NCBI GenBank assembly: GCA_030141605.1
Contig: JAQGDQ010000020.1
Location: forward strand, 372,001-436,000
Direction: 5' to 3'
Source of the DNA: Tubiluchus corallicola
Taxonomy: Eukaryota > Animalia > Priapulida
Length of the DNA: 64,000 nucleotides
How positions within the stretch are numbered: the stretch's first letter is position 1; each line of letters begins with the position of its first letter. Positions 1-10,374 of the stretch are shown here, piece after piece. The notes beneath the pieces are model-generated. The model saw nothing but the letters and a program-made list of their open reading frames with translations. It searched no databases and had not been told where the DNA came from. The translations under genes and the position numbers were made by a program.

Positions 1-164
1 ATGCCATATTTTAACCTTATAAAAGCAAATTTGAAGTCCACAAAAAGCAGAACTTTGAAAGTAGCTATGTTATATGGCTGTATGGTATACAAGTCTTTTT
101 CAACGTCGCACTTTTGCGACTGCATGTGTTGTTGCAGTCTACTGCAAGTTATCGCTGCCCCAAA

Positions 165-780
165 CCCCTTCACTATGTTGTTGCTTTTTAACTGGGCCAC
201 ATTGACTTTTGCAGATTTGACAATAACTTCTTATGGTGTGTTACTAAAACAGAATCTTGTAAATAAACAAATAGTTGTTTGTTACTGAGTACTAATATTA
301 ACTATTAGTTTTATTTCAACACATGTACACACATGCTAGCACACATACTTGCACTCACACACATACACACATGCACACCATCATAAATAAGTATGTAGTT
401 AGAAACCAGTTTTCACCAAAGACACAATACTATTTCATAATATGCAATCATTTTACAAGAATGCAGAACAATCAGCCAAACAAACATTTCATCAATGATT
501 TACAAGTGATTACATTAGTGACAAGAGCATACCATACAGTACAGTATCGTGGAATGCACCTGGCTTCAGACACTGATTAACTGGTAGCGTTACTTGTTGC
601 GAAGCAACCCCAATCCCACGGCTGTAAAACTTTTCTACAAAGTTTTTGCAAGGCCGTAGCACTGAAATAAACAGATCTGTGTGACTGCGCTTAGTGCTGA
701 GCTTGGGCGGCAGTCTATCGCCTTTCGTCCTTTGCATGAAAAACATAGGAGGCACTGTACCGCCTTCCATAGTGAAAGGG
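165..780. mobile_element. piggyBac-like non-autonomous MITE, copy 1
   Basis: Termini cccctt-cactatg ... catagtgaaaggg are followed by TTAA (781-784); the left TSD is degraded. The interior (CA repeat, ttagaaaccagttttca, aagaatgcagaacaatc, actgagcttggg-like) is similar to copy 2 at 59606-60144. Confidence 0.75.
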
Positions 781-1915
781 TTAAGATTCTGAATTGTGAC
801 CAAAACTGCAAGTGCTGACTGTGAAAAATCTTTGCTGACTTGATTTTTGTGATCTCAAGATCATAATTTTGCTATTGCTGAATTCTCCATGCTTGATTAC
901 CTAGAAAATCCATTTTTCTGCGACCCTATTTTAACACTGTCGCCTATATCACATGACCTGGTCACAGCACTTTTCAAAATTTTCTTAGCACATATCTATG
1001 CTCGACAGCTTACCCATAAGGCAATAACATAGGCTTCTAATCAATACTGTCAGTGGTGTTGAGCGACAAAGTCAGTTGCCCTAATTTTCACATTTTGGGT
1101 CCTACTGCTGTGAAGTTTAACCCAGAGGTCACCATTCCCATACCGCTCTGTGTCTACCTTAGTTAGGTGCCTACCCTGCAAGTTTCTTTATTCTAGCTTG
1201 TATACTTATGGAGTTATTGACCAAACCCCATTTTAACACTTTTGCACATATCACTTCTGTCTCCCACCCTCAGGTGACTACCCACCAACTTTGGTGACTC
1301 GCGGTACCATCGCTTTGGAGAAATAAATAAAGAAACGGTTGATTTCCAATATCGCAGAATGTTAACTGTGTTAATTAACGAATCGGGTCCATCGCGCAAG
1401 AGCTGCTAGTCGAAGTGAGACAAACAGGAGGGGTAAAATGTCATTGCTGAGCAAAATCAAACAAACCGATTCGGCAGTTTGATTCGGTTTCATCATTTCA
1501 GCCACTAAAATGCAAGTCATTATTATCATTTGACTTTTGATGCCTTTACTTGCATGATTTTGTTTTGCACTGGCATTTGTATTCATTGGCTGTTTTGTTT
1601 TTTATTATTTACGTTTGTTATTTTAAAAGAAAGTGTAAAATTATGAAATTTTGCACCAAGTAGTCAAAATGTTACAATATGATCCCTTTGCTGCCCCTCC
1701 TGTTTCCCAAGTTCATATTACAAATTTAATGTAAATTGTTGGATTTTAGAAAAGAATAAATTATTCAATTTCAATTTCAACAATATTACAGAGCCTTGAT
1801 GTTATTCTGGAACACTGCATATTAAGTGTAAATATGAAATAAACCAAAACTAAGAAAACTCCCTGCATGAAGTAAAAAAGTTTTTAAAGTGGCATAACGT
1901 TTTCGAAAAATTTAC

Positions 1916-4900
1916 CTTGTAGCTTTTGCAAAACATTAATGCAAGTTTTCTCTGCCTGGCCACCACCTGGCAACAATATACCACTTGTGCTGACATTTCT
2001 TATGCGATTGACACAATGCCAGAATGACTCTTCTTGAAGCTCTAAAGCTGAAGCAGAAGGATAGCATATCACAGCAGTCTGAAATATCATGAAGCCTATC
2101 AGGTAGTCATACTCATAATCCTTGTCATTACTATTATTTCTATTACAGCTACTAACAACAATATAGTTTGTTGTCTACCAATGAGACAAGTACTTTCACT
2201 CGTGTTATGTTGTAATCCACGAGAAATGGTCTGCACAATTTGTACATAAAAACTTTGTACAAACTTTGTGATACACTTTTGGTGGTATCAAAAATTGTGC
2301 TTACACGAGCAGTAAACTGTTTCGAATGTACACATTATTTCAGTGGTTATATGATGAGTCTAATGAAACACAAACAGATTAAAAATAAAAACAAACTTTT
2401 CTGAGAAACTATACATACGATCAAGACACATTGTCATTGGTAATACTGCTTTCCAAAATAGCACATTGACTAGATGCTTAGAGTTTTGAAAATTTAAAAT
2501 GAATTTGAATGGGTCACAAAGTCCACTGCCTGTGAAGTTGCCAAGAAATTTCTATGCTATAGTCATGGTCAGAAAAGGCTAACTGTACTATAAAACTGTA
2601 CTGATCAGCTAACTGTATTATAAAAATTGCTATGGCCATTTAGTAATTTTCTAACTTTTTAAAGATTCATACCATTTGTACAATATTTGGAGTTTACAAA
2701 AAGTGCATGTGTTAAATACCTGAACATCACATCCAACAGCCACGCAGGCATAGCTGCATTCAGCTGTTCCCCATTGGTCATTATCCCATAATTCAACATG
2801 GACATTATCCACAAACTCCTGAAAAATACATTTATATTGTTCAATATTATTAATAAACTTATCACATACTTAATAAACTTTTCATAAAATGTGAAAACTG
2901 TACCATGAGGAAAAAAGAAAACACACAGAAATACATACATTAAAGCAGTCGGTCAGATATGATAGGACTGCAATGCCAGTAGTGGCAGAAAGGGCTTCTA
3001 AGGCTTTCCAAGGCACAGATTGGATAACTGTTATATTGTTCTGGTTGCAGAAATCTTGTACATTTGCATCTACTTCACCTTTCACTATCAGCAGAGTAAT
3101 GAACTTCTACAAGAAAAGAATTGGACTATTATTCGAAATGGTTGTTTAAAACAACCAAACATTTTAAGCAAAATCCAATTATGCGTAACAATTTTCAATT
3201 TATACTGCAATTACATTATATTCACAGGTTATGCACAAAAATCCTAGAGATAAAAATTACCTCTTTTAATAACACAAATTTATTCTTAATGACAAAAATA
3301 GTAAGAAAGAATTAAGATCCCACAATTAAAAAACAAGGAAATGCAGGGTCACATTTTTCTTTCTCTTCCCTTGTTTTTTTTTAATTACCTCCTTTAATAC
3401 TGTAGTGATTTCACAAAACCATTGTGATTGCAAATTTGTATGACTGGCAGTATAAGATATAGAAGAAGGTTCGACATTTGGCTGATAGCCAGTGTGGTGA
3501 AATTTTTCGTTTATGCTTCCTCCAACAAGCTGAAAAGAAGCAAGAAACAACGTGTAATTAGAATACACATAAAAGTATAAATGCTTTTAATCAAATTCCA
3601 ATAAAGCAGATTTCCATTACCAGTTCAGTCAATAAGTAATACATAACAAAATTGTCAGATCACAAAATAAAAATGAGGTTATATATTCATATGTGCAGTA
3701 GCAGCAGAGGGCACATTTCATGCTGCTTCAATATCTGAAATCTGTCCTCTACCAAACAGATAATGTTAAAAAATTCTACAAGGTATGTTCTATCTTAACA
3801 CAATGATTTCAGCAGGTAAAACTTATAAAGTGAGCTATGTAAGTGTTATATTTCATACCAACGCTCTGTAAACTCGAGGAAAATTACAGGACAGCATGCA
3901 TGCAGTATCCGAGTTTACTTTTAATAATATTCCTTGGACAACTGTACTTTTCCAGTGTGGTAGGCCAGCAATGCTGCATGTGTATACTCTTGCAGTGTTC
4001 AATCTGCAAAAAATATCAAGTTAGGATATGGATATGTACAAGTATTATTGTACATATATCAAAAGTTTAACATTAATTAGTTAAATAGGTGAATATGCAT
4101 ATCCTACTAAACAAAGTTGGTTAATAAATACTAAAAATAATCATAAAACAGGTAAACACAAGGCTATAATACCTGGGCAAGTGACATTTTGAAACATGCT
4201 GCATCTGTGCTTGTCTCTTCCAACAATCCAAAGCAAGTTTCATCATGTCCTCATTACTGTGACTTAATCCGTATGCAATCTTTTCACAAGCAGAAATTAC
4301 TCTGCCACTGTTCTCATCAGTTTGTGCACTGCTGCTGTTTTGTTTACAAGTGAAACACATGGAAGCATTTGGTACTTCGAGACTGCGATCTGGCTTGCAT
4401 GTGGTAAGATAACTAGAAGTTTTTTCTCCACTCGTCTTCACAGAGTTCCCATCACTAAACCGACTATTACGCATGGTATTAAGCGTATAAAAATGTCTGC
4501 TTTTAGTAAGTACATGTCTTTTGCAAGCACTTAAGTTGAATACTGATCTATCAACCTTAATGTTGTTGGCAAATCTACCAGTATCACTGTTTTTAGCATT
4601 AGTATATCCTGAATGGTCATCAATTATTTTGTTTTCAGGTGATATAGTCAAGGGATTAAGTACATTTGGTTTGGTAGCACAAGTTGTAGGAATTCCAGTG
4701 TCTGCACCATTAGACAGCCCCTGTTTCGACCTTTTATTTTTACTACTAACAGATGGAAATTGTGCAGAAAGTATTTCCTTGTATTTAGTAAATGTGTTTG
4801 TATCTGATAAATTTTCATGTGCAATAGCCTCACTACTGCCACCAGACTTACTTTCATAAGATTGCATACTGGTAATATTATGAAAATTCGACAGTTCATA

Positions 4901-6655
4901 ATTTGTATTTGTGGAATCCAGATCCAGACCAGCATTTCTGTTAAATGGATTAGTTAAAACAAAGTTGTTACCTAGTACATCGATTTTATCTTCACAGGAA
5001 AACGCTGAATGTTCACAATTTGAAATTTCTATGTTAGATTTATCAAAACACCAAAAGATATCACTAATATCGTCAACTTCCTCAAGTTTATCTTCACAAA
5101 GTCCATTGCTATGCAAACATTTTACACAGTCAGCCTGTCTCATTAAATCTGCTGCAGGCATTTTGAGTTCATGACAGCTGCTTAACGATGGTGACTGAAG
5201 GAAAAGTGATGCCTTGATACTGACAGCAGACAATTGCTCAAGACAACATTCAAGACACCCGTTCATCAGTTCAGTAATAATAGTTCTTGGTATTCCCTAA
5301 TACAAAAAAATAAACAAATAAATATAGCCAAATATCATAAAAGCTAGAACCTATTTATTTCAAAAATTTAATCAAGATTATATTAATTAAAAAAACAATG
5401 TTTTGTGTTGGCAATGTGTGATGCTCTATTCTAGATGTCTGGAATACAACTGCAAAAGTGCTGAGTAAAGGAGATTTGCACCTGTAGTTTAAATCTGAAA
5501 TTACAGAAAGTCCACCTTCTTGCAGGAATGTTTATATAGAATTTTTTGAATACTGACTTTAGACAAAGTGTCACAATTACCTAATTGTCTACACAAGTAA
5601 TTAATTACCAGGTACATTAGCAGTATATAGACTAGTACATTACTCATTGTCAACACAAAGCACTGCTTGCAAAAGTGCATATGCAAAGCAAATCATACTT
5701 ACAAGCCAAATGTTATGCAACAGTACTTTTTTTAAATTAACATAATTTGAATTAAATTTTGGAATTTTAGATTTTAGTGTATTTGCCAAACTAAGATACA
5801 GACTTCATAGTAACATGTTTGCTTTTCCATAGGGATACATCGGATCCACGGCTGTATGTACTGGATCCAGTTCTGGTTAAACTAAAAAACCGCCAAACTA
5901 TGCTCTTACTCGAAGTAAAAGTAAAAGCTTACTGGAATTTTAGCAAGCATTTTTGTAGCAGTAGCACTATCTTTGCATGCTACTTGCAACAAAGAACCAC
6001 GACATGAGAATTGCTGGTAGCGCTAGCGCTACAAGCATGGTGGCATAAAAACTAATGAATTTCTGAAGATTTTAATATGAATCCTTCAAAGTCTTTAAAA
6101 AACTTAAGACTATTTGGGTAACTAAAATGTCATGTACAATTTTTCTTACCTGCTCTAATTTTTTTTCACAATCGATAATTTTATACATAGAAAACTAGAA
6201 ATACACACTGTGCAAAGTTTAATGAACATTTCTGCCAGATCTGGATCGGATCCATAAAAAATGTTGGATCTTGGAGTCCGGAATCCGGATCCGGTACATC
6301 CTGACTTTTTAAGACTGATACAATTTAAAAGGCTTCAAATTTTTAAAGCAAACCTTTTTTACTAATTCAAATGCAGAGTGGACCCACGCATTAGCCATAA
6401 ACAGTAAAGTTGTTGTTGAAGAGCCATACATCTTATGATGTGCCTGAACAGCAGAGTTGAGTAATTCCATACTAGGGTCCTTAAAACAAAAAAATCATTA
6501 GTTTAGTTCAGTAACTGTAAGCCTAATATCAAAAATATGTTAAAATACATAATCACAGTTTTAGTTTTAATTGTACCTTCAAATGTATGTTTTCTAGTAG
6601 TTGAGCCGGGCACTTGATGAAGTGGCATTGGTTGTCATCGGTAATGCATTTGACA
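1916..6655 (-). CDS. BBS12: Bardet-Biedl syndrome 12 chaperonin-like protein (partial: first exon unresolved, 3' end not found)
   Basis: Phase-consistent GT-AG exons on the minus strand: 6577-6655, 6354-6479, 4173-5296, 3859-4003, 3389-3529, 2939-3106, 2720-2818, 1916-2078. Translation includes VKCITDD..LLENIHLK, ELLNSAVQAHHKMYGSSTTTLLFMANAW, GIPRTIITELM, KIAYGLSH..MMKL, ARVYTCSIAGLP, LVGGSINEKFHHTGY and EESFWHCVNRI..LLPGGGQAE. These blocks parallel the vertebrate BBS12 motifs LLNEAVQAQ..TLLFLVGAW, RIFTCCLPGLP and EDRFWTC..LGGGAVE. Confidence 0.88.
5830..6303. mobile_element. hAT-like MITE with GGATCC subterminal repeats (BBS12 intron)
   Basis: Starts tagggatacatcggatcc and ends ggatccggtacatcctg, with clustered ggatcc motifs near both ends. 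TSD is not clean. Confidence 0.55.
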
Positions 6656-6785
6656 CTAAAAAAATAATTTAATTAACTTGCTGATTAAATTAAATTAATT
6701 GAACAGATCTCAAGGCTATAGTCTACCAATCACAACCTTCCTATGGTCACTGCCTCCACAACTTCCAGTCAGTGGCTTCACTAAT

Positions 6786-7736
6786 CAGTATATTATTTCT
6801 TCAAGATCAATTGAGGTATTGAAAATATTGTGAACATGTTCCTACAATTTTGCCAACTGACATCAATGTGCGATTTTTGTCATACAAGAGTTCAAGCACA
6901 GGCATGAGTTCACTTAACCAACGTAGCTTATGTCGCTACATAACCAAGCACTTAATTACACCAATGTAATCAAGCGCTTGGCATAAGGGCCAAGCAATTG
7001 TTTTTGCTAGTCTGTGTAATACCTATACAGGTATATTTTTGCATGTTTGTTTTTCTTTGTTTTATGTATTTTCTATCAAAAGGATCAGACAAAAATGTTT
7101 AGAATTGTTGAACACTGGCAGAGACGAGTTTCCTACTATGAGCATTCTAGTTTTATTATAGAAGTTATTTGCATCGAAAAAACTTTTGTGCCATTTTTTC
7201 CTATTTTTCCATTTGAACCAATTTTTCCTACAGGTGCCACTTTCATTCTATTCAAACAGCTCACCAAAAACAGTTAGACAAAATTTTAAACGGTGACCTT
7301 GGCTCTATAAGTAAAAAACAGGCCCAATCATCCGGGACCCAAATCTTGGAGCATTAGTATTCTAGAATCGTAGTATTTCTGCTGTATCATAGCTCATTAA
7401 AACTGCAGGTTTGAATGTGTTTTGAGATTTTACAGCTTCAGAGTCTCACCCAACTAATAACTAAATTATACCAAACCTTGCAAAAATATACCTGTGTAGG
7501 TATTACACAGACTAGCAAAAACAATTGCTTGGCCCTTATGCCAAGCGCTTGATTACATTGGTGTAATTAAGTGCTTGGTTATGTAGCGACATAAGCTACG
7601 TTGGTTAAGTGAACTCATGCCTGTACTTGAACTCTTGTATGACAAAAATAGCACATTGATGTCAGTTGGCAAAGTTGTAGGAACATGTTCACAATATTTT
7701 CAATACCTCAATTAATGTTGAAGAAATAATATACTG
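6786..7736. mobile_element. Foldback/long-TIR element (~260-bp inverted arms, ~435-bp spacer)
   Basis: 6786-~7043 is the reverse complement of ~7479-7736 with only a few substitutions; the ends are CAGTATATTATTTCTTCAA and TTGAAGAAATAATATACTG. No clear TSD. Confidence 0.8.
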
Positions 7737-7920
7737 TTTTTAAAAGTTTCTTTATGGTTACAGGAAATTTTATTAAGAATATTGTGCTTTTACAATTCTC
7801 TAAATTTATCCGTTATATAAGCTACTATGAAAAGGAAATCTATAATATATAATACACTACAATAATTGTTGGAGCATCATTGCACATGTATGGCAGCAGA
7901 AAGACTAGTCCAATAACTTT

Positions 7921-7934
7921 GTTGACATGGCAAC
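7921..7934. promoter_or_regulatory. RFX X-box upstream of BBS12
   Basis: GTTGACATGGCAAC is one mismatch from the canonical palindrome GTTGCCATGGCAAC. A second half-site (catctATGGCAAC) lies at about 7985-7997. It sits 5' of a ciliary gene. Confidence 0.6.
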
Positions 7935-8658
7935 TAACTGTTGGTACTCCAAACAGAAACACAACTATTCAACTAAGGTCGTCTCATCTATGGCAACAAT
8001 TTTTTTCCTTCAAAATACAGTAGAATTGAGGCCAAGGTGTATCCGTGTATTGTTCTGCATTAATTAGTGGATTTCAAGCAAGTGACGTTGTACGTTGTTA
8101 TTGTGCAAAACAATGTAATAGCTGAAAAGTTTTCTCAATTTGATTTCCAAAAATCGATTTTTAATACTAATTAATAATAATTAATAGTAATTAAAAAATG
8201 CAATGCGTTTCAATTTGATTTTGTATGAATGGCCATTGTGTGAGATATACAAAAATGAAAATAATTACAATGCAGTCGTTGCTTGGTGAGAACGGTTTTT
8301 CATGAACCCATGCTGAATGCAATAAAATCCCACGGTCGTGAAGAAGTTAATTGATTTTACTAATTACAGGAGGCGTTTTTCACAGTTTTACTGCTGCAAC
8401 TTTCTCATGCTTGTCCAAAATAAGCTCAATTTCCCGAGACCTGTAGCTTTTCCTTTAACGTAGTTTATGTACCTTAAAAACGTTTGAAACGAAAACATAT
8501 CACACATTGCGAGAATTTTTGTCGAATTTCGTGAAACAAACTTCTTTAGTTTTTGCCGCTCTCGCTTTTCAAGTCCTTATGTAGGGCGCCGAGTACGAAG
8601 TTAGCCGAGGTAAGACACTTTCGTTAAGCCCCACGTGTAAAATTTGCAGAAAAGCAGT

Positions 8659-9330
8659 GTCGTACATGGGCAGCCCAAGTTGGGCACTGGCGATTTCTGT
8701 CGAGAATCGAGAATTACGACATAATAAACATAAAACTAAATTTGTTTTAGAAAAAAGTAACTTTATAATAACGATGAATAGTCCTTGACGATTTAAAAAT
8801 GTATTGTTTGCAATAATATCATCATTATTATTAGCTCCATTAATATCATCCTAACATTAACCTAAGTATCTAATGCTTTAAAGAGAGAAACTATGTAGTG
8901 CACATAGCTTGCTAGCCCGTTTACATAGTAGAAAACAATTATTTTCCCAAGAGGTAGTAAAACGGATCACCTGTCTGTGAAGCAAGACAAAATAATAAAT
9001 GATAATTATGTTAAGCAGATGTTGGAATCGCCTAGAAAGCGGGCTTATTTCACTTCAAAAAGATTAATATCGAAGCCAAATTTAATATTGGCCATTCTTC
9101 TTGCACAAATAAGATTCTTTTATTTTATCAAATGTATAATAAATTATTCATTATATGTATATATTCATTATTCATTACGTGTATTGATGTTTTATTATTA
9201 TTAAATACACAAAGACAACGGACGCTGCCAGTACGGTTAAGGACTCAATTCGTGACCTGTCTCTAGTGTCCTACTTGGGCAGCCCATGTACGACGCGTCT
9301 TACTTGGAGGCTAGCCCATGTACGACGCGT
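8659..9330. repeat. Inverted-repeat element (35-bp arms), probable MITE remnant
   Basis: gtcgtacatgggcagcccaagttgggcactggcga (8659-8693) is the near reverse complement of 9260-9294. The motif agcccatgtacgacgcgt repeats again at 9313-9330. Confidence 0.55.
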
Positions 9331-9659
9331 TCTACTCTTTACTCGGGCTACTGCTGTATTTTGCTCCCAACACCTAGAAATTCATTGTAAGCAACAAGCA
9401 ACCTTTGTTGCACAGTTGAGACCATCGTTGTGACCATAGATATATATCTGCTCTGAGCCATATTAAGACTTTGCTAAAATTTTAACTACTAATTATCAGT
9501 GGAGTAATAATAGTGTTTTAGCTAATGTTTCATGTTAAATTACTACTAGCTGACCGAAAATAAAATTTTATTACTACTACTATGAAGCATTATTTTGGTT
9601 GTCAACTTGTCAAAAACGACAAGCTGTGTAATAGGAATAAGCATTTTCTACCTTTCACT

Positions 9660-10374
9660 ATTTAAAATTCGAATTCAGTTTGAAACATTTTTGAACAATT
9701 TTTCGGATCAGTAGTGAAAAGCGGTTTTACAAAGATCATGCATATTAATTGATTTTGTTTTGCAGTAAAACCACTATTAGTTTGCTAAAATTTTTGCACA
9801 AAAACTGCAAGCTCAATTGTGCTAATTGCATGCTGTTTCAAACATTTTATTGATAAAGAAACGTATGGGGCTGAAGTGTTGAGCTATTCAAATCTATAAT
9901 TTAGGTTCAAATCAAATTTGCAATAAAAAAACTCATTCGATTCGAACGTTTGATGTTCATCCCTGCCATGTAATCTGATCGACTGAATTTTTGCCACTCC
10001 TCAGACTTAGGGGTGAGCATTTTCTACTAGAAAGCAAATTCGAGTCAAATTCGTGACTTTTGAATTCGAGTTGAACCAAATATCAGTATTTCAAATTCGA
10101 ATCGAATTATGAAAGAGTTTGAAAGATTTTCGAACAAGTTTTTGAAGCTGAAGTAAAAAGTGGTCTTACATTATGCATATTACTTGATTTTGTTGTGCAG
10201 CAAAACCACTATTATTCTGTTGAAAATTTTGCACAAAAACTGCAGCTAAATTGTGTTAATTGATGCTGTTTCAAACATTTTAATGAAATAGAACGCATAT
10301 GACTGAAGTGCTGAATTATTCGAATCTATAATTTTAAGTTCGAATCAAACTCGAACGTTTGGTGCTCACCTCTA
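9660..10374. mobile_element. Two adjacent copies of a hAT-like MITE rich in TTCGAA motifs
   Basis: The copy at 10008-10374 has TIRs TAGGGGTGAGCA...TGCTCACCTCTA. A truncated copy at ~9660-9965 ends tgatgttcatccctg and is collinear with it (tttgcacaaaaactgca, atgctgtttcaaacatttt). Confidence 0.7.

Noticed and set aside
510-803. Similar small ORFs at 510-803 and 59930-60154 as a gene family
   Set aside because: Both lie inside copies of the same piggyBac-like MITE.
4121-5266. 381-aa ORF as a standalone novel gene
   Set aside because: It is the large internal exon of BBS12 (acceptor at 5296, donor at 4173) and is in phase with its neighbours.
7150-7250. Collagen-like GKIGSNGKIGKNG peptide on the minus strand
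   Set aside because: Short, stop-bounded A-rich sequence inside the foldback spacer; a chance pattern.
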